NCBI GenBank assembly: GCA_021771915.1
Contig: JAETNY010000002.1
Span: 77,825 to 141,824 of the forward strand
Source: Bacillota bacterium
GTDB lineage: Bacteria; Bacillota; Dehalobacteriia; UBA4068; UBA4997
Direction: 5' to 3'
DNA length: 64,000 nt
Part shown: piece after piece, positions 1 to 10,541 of the stretch
Layout of the letters: each line of letters opens with the position of its first letter
Position numbering within the stretch: the stretch's first letter is position 1
Notes under the pieces: generated by a model
Seen by the model: only the letters and a program-made list of their open reading frames with translations
Database searches by the model: none
What the model was told of the DNA's origin: nothing
Translations under genes and position numbers: made by a program

Positions 1-1140
1 CTCCAGTTTTTGCTGCTCTCCAGGGCCAACATACAAAGCAGCCGTATGCCCCAAACCACCGTTTTCCACCAGCCGCTCCGCTTTAACAACTGCCGCTGCA
101 AAATCCGCCGCATGATACATTGCCAAAACAGGCGAAAGCTTTTCATGCGCAAAAGGCTCGTCTGGTTCCACACTTTCCACCTCGCCAATCAAAACCTTAG
201 TGGCTGGCGGAACAGTCACCCCAGCCATGGCGGCAATTTTCACCGCCGATTGACCGGCCAACTGCGGATTAACTTCACCATCAATCAAAATTAAACGGCG
301 TAGCTTATCCAACTCCTCACCCTGCAAAAAATAACAGCCACGCGCCGCAAACTCCTGCCGCACTTCCTCATAAATTGAGTCCAAAACCGTAACCGATTGC
401 TCACTGGCGCAGATAACGCCATTATCAAAGCTTTTGGAATGAACAATGGAACTTACGGCCATCTTAATGTCAGCAGTTTCATCAATCACCGCCGGTACAT
501 TGCCGGGGCCAACGCCCACCGCCGGCTTACCGGAAGAATATGCCGCCCTGACCATACCCGGACCGCCAGTGGCCAGAATTAAATCTGCTTCACGCATAAC
601 CAGATTGGTTAAATCCAGACTGGGCTCATTAATCCAGCAGATAACATTCCGCGGCGCCCCAGCCTGCACCGCCGCATCACGCATAACCCGGGCCGCGGCA
701 ATAGTACTTTCCTTGGCGCGTGGGTGTGGTGAAAAGATAATAGCGTTACGCGTTTTCAGCGCCAATAACGCCTTAAAAATAGCGGTAGAAGTTGGGTTTG
801 TGGTTGGTATAACAGCCGCCACCAAGCCAACTGGCTCGGCTATCTTCTTAAAACCATAGGCTCTGTCTTCTTCAATTACACCGCAGGTTTTCATATCCTT
901 ATAGGCATTGTAAACATATTCCGCAGCATAATGATTTTTCAAGATTTTATCTTCCACAATACCCATACCGGTTTCTGCTGCCGCCAGCTTGGCCAGCGGA
1001 ATACGCTGACGGTTAGCCGCCATGGCCGCCGCAAAAAAGATTTTATCAACCTGCTCCTGCGTAAACGATGCAAAAATATGTTGCGCCGCACGCATTTCCT
1101 GAAGCTTTACCGCCAGAGTTTCCGGGCTGTCAATCTGCAT
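1..1140 (-). CDS. CoA-acylating aldehyde dehydrogenase domain protein (AdhE-like N-terminal ALDH domain or stand-alone EutE/PduP-type); partial, C-terminus lies beyond the window start
   Basis: Reverse-strand ATG at 1138-1140 preceded by GGAGGTAAGAGAT. The translation MQIDSPETLAVKLQEMRAAQHIFASFTQEQVDKIFFAAAMAANRQRIPLAKLAAAETGMGIVEDKILKNHYAAEYVYNAYKD is nearly collinear with the E. coli AdhE N-terminus (SFTQEQVDKIF, PLAKMAVAESGMGIVEDKVIKNH). The ICASEQS catalytic Cys motif is present. The frame stays open to position 1. Confidence 0.75.
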   Translation of the reverse strand, partial: MQIDSPETLAVKLQEMRAAQHIFASFTQEQVDKIFFAAAMAANRQRIPLAKLAAAETGMGIVEDKILKNHYAAEYVYNAYKDMKTCGVIEEDRAYGFKKIAEPVGLVAAVIPTTNPTSTAIFKALLALKTRNAIIFSPHPRAKESTIAAARVMRDAAVQAGAPRNVICWINEPSLDLTNLVMREADLILATGGPGMVRAAYSSGKPAVGVGPGNVPAVIDETADIKMAVSSIVHSKSFDNGVICASEQSVTVLDSIYEEVRQEFAARGCYFLQGEELDKLRRLILIDGEVNPQLAGQSAVKIAAMAGVTVPPATKVLIGEVESVEPDEPFAHEKLSPVLAMYHAADFAAAVVKAERLVENGGLGHTAALYVGPGEQQKLE

Positions 1141-1170
1141 ATCTCTTACCTCCTAAAAGTAAAAACGCTC

Positions 1171-2865
1171 TTAAACCAAATCCGGCGTGCATAATTCAGC
1201 ACAAGCATAGGTTTGCTGAACTTCTGTAATTCGCAGCAGACACTTCTGCCCCACCAGATGCGCTCCATTTTGCACCAAAATCACATAACCATTTACCCGA
1301 CAAATTGCATCATTTTTATTGGCATTATGCCGCTCACATAAAAAGCAGTCGATAACCTCACCAACAGCAAAGGGAGCCTTATCCAGACAGGCCACATCGC
1401 CCACAAACGGCCGCACCACAAAATCCGCCATTTTCAACTCCGGATTACCTTTAATACAAAGTTTTTTGCCAAAGCGTTTCTCAAGCAATAACTTATTCTC
1501 TCCGGCCGGCCCAATAATATAAGAAGAAACAATTGGATTTGTTTCAATATAAATGGCTGGCTGCTCGGAACTTTCGGCCATATTAGCCAGATGAGCCAAA
1601 ATATCAATAAAAACACTGTTCTCAGAAACCACACTGCCCTTGCCGCCACAAAATGGACAGGGGCGTTCAAAAAGTTCCTGCAAGCTGTACCCGTTCTTTT
1701 TACGCGTCATCTCCAAAAGCCCAAGCTGCGTAAAACCCAGCACATTGGTTTTTATACGATGCTTTTGCAGTTCCTCGTTCAAAGCCTGCAAAACGCTATT
1801 ACGGTCTTCGTCCTCTTTCATATCAATAAAATCAACAATGATAATACCGCCCAGATTGCGCAGCTGCATTTGACGAGCCACCTCTCTGGCCGCCTCTATG
1901 TTAGTGCGCAGCACCACGTCGGCAAAACTTTGATTGGAGCCGCCCACATATTTGCCGGTATTAACATCGACAATCGTAAAGGCCTCCATATGCTGAATAA
2001 CCAGATATCCACCGCATTTCAGCCAAACCTTATCCGCCAGCGCCTGACGCAGCTGAACAGACATATTATATACTGCCATAATATCGGTTTGCGGCTGCTC
2101 AATCTTAGGCACACAATCCGGCGCTGTACAGGCCGCTAATTCGGCCAGATGAGCGGCCGTTTGCGGATTATTGACATAAATATGTGCAATATCGCTGTAA
2201 AATATATCGCGCACCATGCGCTCCAACAGACCAGAATCCTGATAAAGCAAAGATACGGCTGACGCGCCGGCGCTTTTGCCAAGCAACCACTTCCATGTTT
2301 TCAACAATGTGCGCACATCATGCGCCAAATCCTCCGAGCTGGCCGCCAAAGCCGCCGTACGGATAATCGCACCCATGCCTGTGGGCAAAAGCTGGCGCAC
2401 CTGCGCCAAAAGGCGCTGACGCTCTGCCTCATCTTCAATCCGGCGGCTAATGGTCACACTGCCATTGTTAGGCAACAGCACCAGAAAACGCCCCGGAAAA
2501 CTTGGGTTCATGGTTAGTCTGGCGCCTTTATTGCCCGTGGCTTCTTTAACCACCTGCACCATAACTTCCTGCCCTGGCCGCAAAACTTTATCAATGCTCA
2601 TTTCCGGCTCCAAAAGTTGACCCTCAGCGTCCAGACGCGGCGCCAACGTATCACGCAGGTGTAAAAAACCGTTGCGTTCCGCGCCAAAATTCACAAAAGC
2701 CGCCTGCATACCCGGCAGAACATTATCCACCCGAGCCTTATAAACATTGCCCACAACGCTGCGGTCATGCTCTCGCTCAAAAAAAACCTCGGTCAGAACA
2801 TCATCATCTAACAGCGCCACCATTGTTTCAAATTCGTCCTGCTTGACAATTATATTTTTTTCCAT
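1171..2865 (-). CDS. rng: Rne/Rng family ribonuclease (RNase G-like) with S1 domain
   Basis: 564 aa ORF with an S1 domain and an RNase E/G catalytic core (DNase I-like, DFIDM motif), plus a C-terminal zinc-link/TRAM-like tail. RBS GAAGGG lies upstream of the ATG at 2865. Confidence 0.85.
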   Translation of the reverse strand: MEKNIIVKQDEFETMVALLDDDVLTEVFFEREHDRSVVGNVYKARVDNVLPGMQAAFVNFGAERNGFLHLRDTLAPRLDAEGQLLEPEMSIDKVLRPGQEVMVQVVKEATGNKGARLTMNPSFPGRFLVLLPNNGSVTISRRIEDEAERQRLLAQVRQLLPTGMGAIIRTAALAASSEDLAHDVRTLLKTWKWLLGKSAGASAVSLLYQDSGLLERMVRDIFYSDIAHIYVNNPQTAAHLAELAACTAPDCVPKIEQPQTDIMAVYNMSVQLRQALADKVWLKCGGYLVIQHMEAFTIVDVNTGKYVGGSNQSFADVVLRTNIEAAREVARQMQLRNLGGIIIVDFIDMKEDEDRNSVLQALNEELQKHRIKTNVLGFTQLGLLEMTRKKNGYSLQELFERPCPFCGGKGSVVSENSVFIDILAHLANMAESSEQPAIYIETNPIVSSYIIGPAGENKLLLEKRFGKKLCIKGNPELKMADFVVRPFVGDVACLDKAPFAVGEVIDCFLCERHNANKNDAICRVNGYVILVQNGAHLVGQKCLLRITEVQQTYACAELCTPDLV

Positions 2866-2934
2866 AAATTAACCCTTCATATCAGCAATATCAGATACAG
2901 ATTTCAGTTCAGGCATTTTCAGGCCGAACTTTTT

Positions 2935-3597
2935 TCAAGGCTCTCGCCGCTGGTTATCGGCCGACTGCACAAAGAAACCAACGCGCGCCAAACGATAAGC
3001 CGCACCACAATCCGACGGCAGCAAATACTGCAAAACCTCGGCCGGTTTCACACTGCCAGTTTCAGCAAAAGGAATTTCCAGACGCAAAATATTGTCTTGC
3101 CATTCCAGACACTGCACCCCAGCGCGCAAATCAATCATTTTATCACGCTTTTTAGGACGTTTACGCAAAATTTCCACTCTATCCGCTGCCCAAAATGTCG
3201 CCGCCTTATCCTTAACCGCCGCCAGTGAGGCCGGAGCCAGGATAAATTCTGCTTCGTAAACCGCCAGATTAATTTCCGCCATCAATGCCAGCGCATCATC
3301 AGCTATTTCTTTGGCAGCCACAACACGTAAATTTTTCGGCAAGGCCAAATTCAAACGCTGCATAACCACCTCTGGCTGCAACGGCTCTTTCAGCTGCAAA
3401 TCCCCCAGTTCTCGCCGACCCTCCTGGCCAACGCCGCGCGGAGGCCCAAAACTGATTTTGGGGTGTGGATTAAAGCCCTCAGAATAGGCCACAGGCAAAC
3501 CGGCTCGCAGCAAGGCGCGGTTAAACAGCTTCAGCAAATCCAAATGAGAAAGAAATTTTAACACGCCGTCCACTTGATAAACAAAACGTATGGTCAT
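2935..3597 (-). CDS. TIGR03936 family radical SAM-associated protein (DUF2344)
   Basis: 220 aa. It has a 4-nt overlap with the upstream radical SAM gene, in the typical clostridial pairing with TIGR03960. Confidence 0.7.
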   Translation of the reverse strand: MTIRFVYQVDGVLKFLSHLDLLKLFNRALLRAGLPVAYSEGFNPHPKISFGPPRGVGQEGRRELGDLQLKEPLQPEVVMQRLNLALPKNLRVVAAKEIADDALALMAEINLAVYEAEFILAPASLAAVKDKAATFWAADRVEILRKRPKKRDKMIDLRAGVQCLEWQDNILRLEIPFAETGSVKPAEVLQYLLPSDCGAAYRLARVGFFVQSADNQRREP

Positions 3598-5504
3598 TCC
3601 GCCACCTCGCTTTCACAGTAGCGGTTTTCACAGCCCAGTGCCGGGCATATTCCGCAACCGTTACATGGCCCCTGCCGACAATCCAGCGTTTTTTCCGCTC
3701 TGGCCGCTTTCTCCCACTCCTGCCATAGCCATTTTTTACTGACCCCACAGTCGATATGCTCCCAAGGCAAACAATCCTCCTGCGCAAACTGGCGCTCAGC
3801 ATATTCAGCCGGGTCAATGCCAGCCTTGTCAAAAGCTTGCAACCATTTATCATAAGCAAAATGCTCATGCCAGCTATCAAACTTGCAACCAAGCTTATGT
3901 GCAGCCAACAGAACCTGCCCCAAACGGCGGTCGCCACGGCTGAACACACCCTCCAAAAAACTTAACTCGATATCATGACAATTTAAGCGTGCACCGCGAA
4001 TATGTTTAAATTCAGCAAACAACAATTCTCGCTTGCGCTGTAATTCCGTTCGACTGTTCTGGCCAAACCACTGAAAAGGCGTATGCGCCTTGGGAACAAA
4101 AAAGGCCACGCTAACCGTGATATTCAAAGGCCGTCGCGGTTTGGCGTCCATATCCGCAGCAGAAGCGCGAGAACGCCCCAATGCCAAAATCTGCCGCGCC
4201 AGCTGAGCAATGCCGCGCAAATCATCATCAGTTTCATATGGCAAACCGGCCATAAAATAAAGTTTGATAGTATTCCAGCCAGCCGCCAAAGCTGCCTGCA
4301 CCGCCGCAAAAATATCTTCTTCATTAACACCTTTATTGATAATATCGCGCAGGCGCTGCGTCCCGGCCTCCGGCGCCAACGTCAGACCACCCTTGCGTAC
4401 AGTTTGCAGCTTATTCGCCAAACCAACCGAAACCGCGTCCACACGCAAACTGGGCAATGATACGCTTACACCGTCCGCGCTGTAATCCGCCAGAAGCTGG
4501 TCAATTAATGGGCTGACGCAGGAATAATCCGCCGTGGAAAGACTAATCATACCCAATTCATCATAACCGGTTGCCGCCAAAGCCTTAGCAGCCTGGGCGC
4601 GCAAAACCTCCGGCGATTTTTCACGAACCGGGCGATAAATAATCCCGGCCTGACAAAAGCGACAACCACGATTACAGCCGCGCATAACCTCAATAACCGC
4701 ACGGTCATGCACAATCTGCGCAAAAGGCACAATCTGACACTCCGGAAAAAGCGCCGTATTCATATCCTGCACCAAACGCTTTTGCACGCGCGCCGGTGCG
4801 TCCGACCCAACCTGCATAGCCTTTAAGCGTCCGTCTTCCGTATAAATCGGCTGATAAAGCTGCGGCACATAAATCCCCTGCAAAGCAGCCGCCCGGTGCA
4901 AAAACTGCTCACGGCTTAAACCAGTGCGCCGACATTCCGTATACAAATCCAGAAGTTCCGGCTCCACATCTTCACCCTCGCCGATAATAAACAAATCAAA
5001 GAAATCAGCCAACGGCTCCGGATTATAAGCACAGGGGCCGCCGGCCACCACCAACGGCCATTGCCAGCCATCGCCTGCCCTATCCGCCACCAACAGCGGC
5101 AAACCGGCCAAATCCAGCATATTCAATATATTGCTGAAACTCATCTCATATTGCAGAGTTACCCCCACAATATCAAAATCACGTACAGCATGATAATTGT
5201 CCCAGCTAAACAATGGAATATGGTTCTCTCGCATCAGCTTTTCCATATCCGTCGCCGGCGCAAAAACACGTTCCAGCAAATATTCCGGCCGCTTATTTAC
5301 CACCTCATACAAAATGCGCATACCCAAATGCGACATGCCAATTTCATATAAATCAGGAAAAAGCAGTGCCATCGTAGCCGCGGCCTGCCGCCAATCCTTC
5401 TCAACAGTATTATATTCACCGCCCAGATACTGAGCCGGCTTGTCCACATAAGGCAACAGTTGGCTTTCCACCTCTGCCGCCCAGCTTTTTGCCGTTTTAT
5501 ACAA
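3594..5504 (-). CDS. TIGR03960 family B12-binding domain-containing radical SAM protein
   Basis: 636 aa with the CNRGCRFC (Cx3Cx2C) radical SAM cluster motif and an N-terminal B12-binding-like region. The start appears to be a TTG at 5502-5504. Confidence 0.8.
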   Translation of the reverse strand: MYKTAKSWAAEVESQLLPYVDKPAQYLGGEYNTVEKDWRQAAATMALLFPDLYEIGMSHLGMRILYEVVNKRPEYLLERVFAPATDMEKLMRENHIPLFSWDNYHAVRDFDIVGVTLQYEMSFSNILNMLDLAGLPLLVADRAGDGWQWPLVVAGGPCAYNPEPLADFFDLFIIGEGEDVEPELLDLYTECRRTGLSREQFLHRAAALQGIYVPQLYQPIYTEDGRLKAMQVGSDAPARVQKRLVQDMNTALFPECQIVPFAQIVHDRAVIEVMRGCNRGCRFCQAGIIYRPVREKSPEVLRAQAAKALAATGYDELGMISLSTADYSCVSPLIDQLLADYSADGVSVSLPSLRVDAVSVGLANKLQTVRKGGLTLAPEAGTQRLRDIINKGVNEEDIFAAVQAALAAGWNTIKLYFMAGLPYETDDDLRGIAQLARQILALGRSRASAADMDAKPRRPLNITVSVAFFVPKAHTPFQWFGQNSRTELQRKRELLFAEFKHIRGARLNCHDIELSFLEGVFSRGDRRLGQVLLAAHKLGCKFDSWHEHFAYDKWLQAFDKAGIDPAEYAERQFAQEDCLPWEHIDCGVSKKWLWQEWEKAARAEKTLDCRQGPCNGCGICPALGCENRYCESEVAE

Positions 5505-5581
5505 TTAAATCGACTCCCCAAAATAAATTAACTATATTTATTTCGGCAAATTTTTGGTATTTCCTTTTAGAATATAGCTTT

Positions 5582-6154
5582 TTATTTGTATTTATCAGAA
5601 TTTCCCGGCTTCGTATGCGCCAATTCTAATAAATGCAGCATGTGCAGATACGGCAGATTGCGCTCCTCTCGCCAGGCCACAAGATACAGCCAAACCGCCA
5701 ACAGCAGCAACCAGCGATGCAGCCCAAAATAATATATAACACCAGCAAAAGCCAACGCCGCCGCCTTACCCCAAAACAACAGAAAACGAGAAACCGCCAG
5801 CCAGTCAAAAACACTGCCAGCCAGACCACGCAAGACCTTGCCACCGTCTAAAGGCAAAAACGGCAGTAAATTTACCGCACCCAACACAAAATTTGCACCC
5901 AACAGCGACGAACAATCCAAGCGCCAGGCTAAAACGGCCAAAAGCAGATTAGCTAACGGTCCGGCCACAGCCACATAGCTTTCTCGCCAACCCTGACAGG
6001 CCAGCGGCACCTCCAACGCCACCCCTAAAAACCAGCGATTATGCAACCGCCCAGCCATGCCCAAGCTATGCAGCGCCAGCCAATGCCCCAACTCATGCAG
6101 CAACCAGGCTGTCAACAGCGCCAGAATTAAGCCGCCATTCATTTCCGCACTCAT
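5582..6154 (-). CDS. site-2 protease family protein (peptidase M50), SpoIVFB-like but short and lacking a CBS domain
   Basis: 190 aa polytopic membrane protein with an HELGH (HExxH) motif. It overlaps the upstream M23 gene by 4 nt. Confidence 0.65.
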   Translation of the reverse strand: MSAEMNGGLILALLTAWLLHELGHWLALHSLGMAGRLHNRWFLGVALEVPLACQGWRESYVAVAGPLANLLLAVLAWRLDCSSLLGANFVLGAVNLLPFLPLDGGKVLRGLAGSVFDWLAVSRFLLFWGKAAALAFAGVIYYFGLHRWLLLLAVWLYLVAWREERNLPYLHMLHLLELAHTKPGNSDKYK

Positions 6155-6927
6155 TCCGGCCCTTTCACAAACAGAAAGGGGTCAAGCGGCTGCTCATCAC
6201 GCAGCACCTGAAAAAACAATGTGCTTTCCGTAATCCGCCCCAAGAGTTGGCCCTGACGCAAAGTTTCACCCACCTGCACCGCCGGCTCAATCGCTCCCTG
6301 ATAATAACTGAGAACCCCGTCCCGATGGCGCAGCACCACCTTTTCCCCACTAACAACCTCGATAACCTCGCCAATGGCGGCCGCTTTAACCTCCTGCTGA
6401 TTTTGACAAAATATTTTCAAGCCGTCAACACTTAAACCCTGCTCGTCAATATCGCCAAAAGCACTCTGCATTAAACCGCTGGCCGGCAAAATCATCACCA
6501 AATTACCTGCCGCATTGCCAGGCGCCGCCTGCAAATAGTCTGCGTTTGGCTGATAATCCACCGCCGCCACCTGACCAGGGAGTGTTTCCGTCTGCTCCTC
6601 TGGATTATCATTCGGCTCTTGTGCGTCAGGATTTTCACCGTCCTCGTCCCCGGCTTTATGTAACAAATCCTGCCAAATATCCGCAAAACTGTTTACTGCC
6701 ATAATTTGCTGCTCATTCGTGGTGGCCAACGCCACAACATAACGCACACCATCGCCCAATGCGCTCTCCTGCTCATAAAGATAAACCACGCCGCAAAACA
6801 AAAGCAAAGCCGCAGCAGCCTGGGCGATAAGCCTCCGTCCCCAGGCCTGCCAAAAAGGGCTGCCTGCATTATCACGCCGCTGGTTTTCATATGTATCCAT
6901 TCCTCTGAATAAATCCCGGTTTGCCAT
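6151..6927 (-). CDS. M23/LytM-domain membrane protein (SpoIVFA-like partner of the S2P)
   Basis: 258 aa with one N-terminal TM segment (LIAQAAAALLLFCGVVYLY) and a C-terminal LytM/M23-like beta domain. The gene order M23 then M50 mirrors spoIVFA-spoIVFB. Confidence 0.55.
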   Translation of the reverse strand: MANRDLFRGMDTYENQRRDNAGSPFWQAWGRRLIAQAAAALLLFCGVVYLYEQESALGDGVRYVVALATTNEQQIMAVNSFADIWQDLLHKAGDEDGENPDAQEPNDNPEEQTETLPGQVAAVDYQPNADYLQAAPGNAAGNLVMILPASGLMQSAFGDIDEQGLSVDGLKIFCQNQQEVKAAAIGEVIEVVSGEKVVLRHRDGVLSYYQGAIEPAVQVGETLRQGQLLGRITESTLFFQVLRDEQPLDPFLFVKGPE

Positions 6928-7038
6928 AGCCCAAATGCCTCCTTATCCTGCTAAAAGATATGCTTGGCAATGGCAAAATATACTAGCACTAAAATATTAA
7001 TATCGACACCACAAAATAAGATGCCGATATTACAAATT

Positions 7039-7554
7039 CTAAAAATGATTATGTGGCGTGCGCGCCAACACGCCTTTTATAAACAGCTTTTCAATCCGCC
7101 GGTTAACATACGTCCAGCGAAACTCCTGCGCCAGAGAAATAGGCTTAAGCAGTACAGAATCCAAACCGGCCAGCCCAGCGCCCATGATGTCTGTCAGTAA
7201 CTGGTCGCCAATCATCAGAGTGGCCGATGGCTTCGCACCCATCTGTTTAACAGCGCGCCAATAACCGTGCGGCAATGGTTTGCGCGCTTTAGCGCAAAAA
7301 TCAATCCCCAAACTTTCCGCCAAACACTGCAAGCGCTCCGCCGAATTATTAGAAAGCAAACAGGCATGCAGACCAGCGGCCGATACCGCCGCAAACCACT
7401 GCTTCACCGCTGGCGTCAAATGTCTATTATTCCAGGTAGTAATCGTATTATCCACATCAAGCAACAACCAGCGGTAGCCCTTAACCAACAAAACCTCCGG
7501 CTCCAGCAATTCCAGCTTGTCAAAATAGGCCACTGGCCTGAAAAGTCCGCCCAT
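7039..7554 (-). CDS. YqeG family HAD-IIIA phosphatase
   Basis: 171 aa with the LLDVDNT HAD motif I and a GDQLLTD motif. Size and motifs are typical of YqeG. Confidence 0.75.
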   Translation of the reverse strand: MGGLFRPVAYFDKLELLEPEVLLVKGYRWLLLDVDNTITTWNNRHLTPAVKQWFAAVSAAGLHACLLSNNSAERLQCLAESLGIDFCAKARKPLPHGYWRAVKQMGAKPSATLMIGDQLLTDIMGAGLAGLDSVLLKPISLAQEFRWTYVNRRIEKLFIKGVLARTPHNHF

Positions 7555-7577
7555 TATACCAGCCTTTCCTTATAGCT

Positions 7578-9056
7578 TTAAGCCTCCATATCCCAATACA
7601 ACAGGCCTGTCAGGCTCTCTACCGAGTTGTCCATATATTCCACCAAAATGTCTGGCTGCAAACCAAAATAAATCGTCAGCACTAAAAGCACCAACATGGG
7701 CAGCATTTCATACCAGTGAATATCCTTGCACCCAGCCAGTTCCGCCGGCAAACTGCCATAAGCCACACGCTGAAAAGCCCACAGATAATAACCCACGGCC
7801 AGAACAGCGCCCAACGCTACCAGCAGCACCACCAAGCCAAATGAGCGGAAAACACCCAGCATTACTGAAAATTCGGCGAAAAAACCCATAAAACCGGGAA
7901 TACCCATTGAGGCAAAGAAAGCTAAAATCAGCATTGTCATTGCGGTCGGCATCTTGCTATAAAGACCGCCCAGCCGACTGATTAAACGCGTGCCGGCATG
8001 GTGCTGAATAACACCACAGCCCATAAACAGCATGGCGGAAATCAGACCATGCGCCACCATCTGAAAAACTGCGCCCATAATGCCTATTTCATCAAAAGTA
8101 GCAATACCAATCAGCACAAAACCCATATGGCTGATTGAGGAATAAGCAATCAACTTTTTCAAATCGTCCTGCTTAAAGGCTACAAACGCACCATAAACAA
8201 TGCTTAACAGCGCCAGAAGCACCACCAGCCAGGTATATTGCCGAGCCGCCGTGGGACAGAGCATATAGGCCACACGTATTAAACCGTAGCCGCCCATCTT
8301 CAACAACACACCGGCCAGCAGCACCGAAGCCGCCGTGGGCGCTTCCACGTGCGCGTCCGGCAGCCAGGTATGCACCGGCACCACCGGCAGCTTAACGCAG
8401 AACGCAAACAACAAAGCCGGAAAAACCAACAGTTCAAAGTTCAAATCAAAGCCAACCTTCGTAATCTCCGGAATAGAAAATGTATAATAACCCAAAACGT
8501 CCGCCGCTTTGAAGAACATTGCGCCAATCGCCAGCAGCATAACCAGCGAGGCCACATGCGTATAAATCAGGAACTTCATGGAAGCATAGCTACGGCGTTC
8601 TCCGCCCCAAATACCAATCAGGAAAAACATCGGAATAAGCACAACTTCCCAGAAAATATAAAACAGGAAAAAATCCAAGGCCGAAAAAACACCCAAAACA
8701 CCAGTTTCCAGCACCAGCAAAAGGCCGTAATAAAACGGCGCGCGTTCTGTAACGTCCCAGGAATAAACAACCACCAGAAAACAAAGCAGGGTTGTCAGCA
8801 TAAACAGCGGCAGGGAAAGACTATCCAAGCCCAACGCAAAGGAAACGCCAAAAGCCGGGAACCAATTTGTTTCCTGCAAAAACTGATAACCGTCAGCAGC
8901 AGCTTCATAACCGGACAGCATCACCAAACTGCCGATAAAAACTGCCCCAGTGCAGATTATTGCCACATATTTAGACAGCTGCGGCTGACTGCGCAAAAGC
9001 AACAACAGCAGCGCGCCAACTAATGGTAAAGCAAGCAAAATCGTGATAATACTCAA
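7578..9056 (-). CDS. NADH-quinone oxidoreductase subunit M-like antiporter subunit (second NuoM/complex I subunit 4 paralog, downstream of nuoN)
   Basis: 492 aa polytopic protein carrying the NuoM/ND4 signature FFLFYIFWEVVLIPMFFLIGIWGG. Confidence 0.8.
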   Translation of the reverse strand: MSIITILLALPLVGALLLLLLRSQPQLSKYVAIICTGAVFIGSLVMLSGYEAAADGYQFLQETNWFPAFGVSFALGLDSLSLPLFMLTTLLCFLVVVYSWDVTERAPFYYGLLLVLETGVLGVFSALDFFLFYIFWEVVLIPMFFLIGIWGGERRSYASMKFLIYTHVASLVMLLAIGAMFFKAADVLGYYTFSIPEITKVGFDLNFELLVFPALLFAFCVKLPVVPVHTWLPDAHVEAPTAASVLLAGVLLKMGGYGLIRVAYMLCPTAARQYTWLVVLLALLSIVYGAFVAFKQDDLKKLIAYSSISHMGFVLIGIATFDEIGIMGAVFQMVAHGLISAMLFMGCGVIQHHAGTRLISRLGGLYSKMPTAMTMLILAFFASMGIPGFMGFFAEFSVMLGVFRSFGLVVLLVALGAVLAVGYYLWAFQRVAYGSLPAELAGCKDIHWYEMLPMLVLLVLTIYFGLQPDILVEYMDNSVESLTGLLYWDMEA

Positions 9057-9083
9057 TTTATAGCCACCTCTCTTTCGCCTATT

Positions 9084-10541
9084 TTACCAGGGCAACATAC
9101 TATTAAACAATGCGCTGCTGCAAATTTCTGTCAACCAGTTAGGCAACAGACCAAAGGCAAGCAACAAGGCCACAGACAACCACAATGCCAGCTGATAAGA
9201 ACGTCCGCTGGGCTTAACTTTATCCGCAGCCGGCGGCAACAACTCAATTTCCGCCGGGCGCATATACATCTCCCGAATTACGGCTGCATAATATACCAGC
9301 GAAAGCGCGCTGTTCAGTACCAAAATCAGCGCCAGCACCAGATACCAGCCGCCCAGACCAACAGCCGGCACCACCATCAGCATTTTACCCCAGAAACCCA
9401 GCAATGGCGGCACACCGCCGAATGATAACAGCAACAGCATCAGAGCAGCAGCCAACCCCGGCATTTGCTTGCCCAAACCGCGGAAGTGCTGCATCATGGT
9501 ACCACCTTTGCGCTCAAAAACAATTTGCAGCGCAAAGAAGCAGGCAATCGCCATCAACGCATGCGCCAGAATATGCACGAAAGAACCCACAATGGCAGTG
9601 CCGCCAACTGCAAAACCAACGCCAATATTACCGGCATGCGCCACACTGGAATAAGCAATCATGCGCTTAACATCTTTCTGCTTTAAGGCCAGAACATTAC
9701 CAACCGTCATGGTAACGGCACACAAAACACCCAACAGCAATGCAGCCAGCGGCGCAAACACCGCCGAGTAAACCACGATAATTTTTAGCGCCACCACAAA
9801 AGCACCCTTCTGCGTTACGCCAGACAAAAAACCAGTGGTTGGCGAGGGAGAACCGGTGTAGGTATCCGCCGCCCACCAGTGAAACGGCACCAGCGCCATT
9901 TTATAGCCAAAACCGGCCAGCAGCAACACCAAAGCCACAAGCAGCAATGGGTGCGCTCCCAATATGGCCATCGCCTGCGCACAGTTCTGCAAATTCATCG
10001 TGCCGGTAAAACCATATAATAAGGAAAGACCATACAAAATCAAAGCTGAAGCAAAGGCGCCGCTGATAAAATATTTCAGCGCAGCCTCGCCACCCTGCGG
10101 ATTATTCAACTCTGCCAGCGGCAGCACATATGTGGTAATACTCACCAGTTCAAACGCCACCACCAATGTGATAAAATCCATGGAACTAGGAATAATCAGC
10201 AAACCAAGCATCGCCATTAACAGCAGCGCATAATACTCTCTGGCTCGATAAACTCTGGCCGTAAAATCATGTGAGCCGATAACATTCAACATGGCCAGAC
10301 CCAGCAGCATCACCTTAACCAGTACGGCAAAATTATTAACCGCATAAGCGCCGCCCATGATATAATCATTTACGCCCCAAAGGGATAAACACATTAACAA
10401 ATCCGCCGCCAGACCGCCGGCCGCAACCAACCAGGCCATAGTCCGCGCACGCTCGGGCAGCAGCATAATTATCACTGCCAGCACCAGCAGCAGCAATTCC
10501 GGCAAAAGCATAATCAACTGTTCGAGAGTCAGTGAATTCAT
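9084..10541 (-). CDS. nuoN: NADH-quinone oxidoreductase subunit N
   Basis: 485 aa with the NuoN/ND2-type motif EAALKYFISGAFASALILYGLSLLYG. Confidence 0.8.
   Translation of the reverse strand: MNSLTLEQLIMLLPELLLLVLAVIIMLLPERARTMAWLVAAGGLAADLLMCLSLWGVNDYIMGGAYAVNNFAVLVKVMLLGLAMLNVIGSHDFTARVYRAREYYALLLMAMLGLLIIPSSMDFITLVVAFELVSITTYVLPLAELNNPQGGEAALKYFISGAFASALILYGLSLLYGFTGTMNLQNCAQAMAILGAHPLLLVALVLLLAGFGYKMALVPFHWWAADTYTGSPSPTTGFLSGVTQKGAFVVALKIIVVYSAVFAPLAALLLGVLCAVTMTVGNVLALKQKDVKRMIAYSSVAHAGNIGVGFAVGGTAIVGSFVHILAHALMAIACFFALQIVFERKGGTMMQHFRGLGKQMPGLAAALMLLLLSFGGVPPLLGFWGKMLMVVPAVGLGGWYLVLALILVLNSALSLVYYAAVIREMYMRPAEIELLPPAADKVKPSGRSYQLALWLSVALLLAFGLLPNWLTEICSSALFNSMLPW

Noticed and set aside
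10-1194. Plus-strand ORFs 10-294, 446-859 and 931-1194
   Set aside because: They are fully contained in the antisense of the well-supported AdhE-like gene (1-1140, minus strand) and have no RBS or homology.
8349-9023. 224-aa plus-strand ORF rich in Q/K/R/N residues, and similar antisense ORFs across the nuo genes and the P-ATPase
   Set aside because: These are antisense reading frames of hydrophobic membrane-protein genes. They have no RBS and a biased low-complexity composition, and are treated as spurious.
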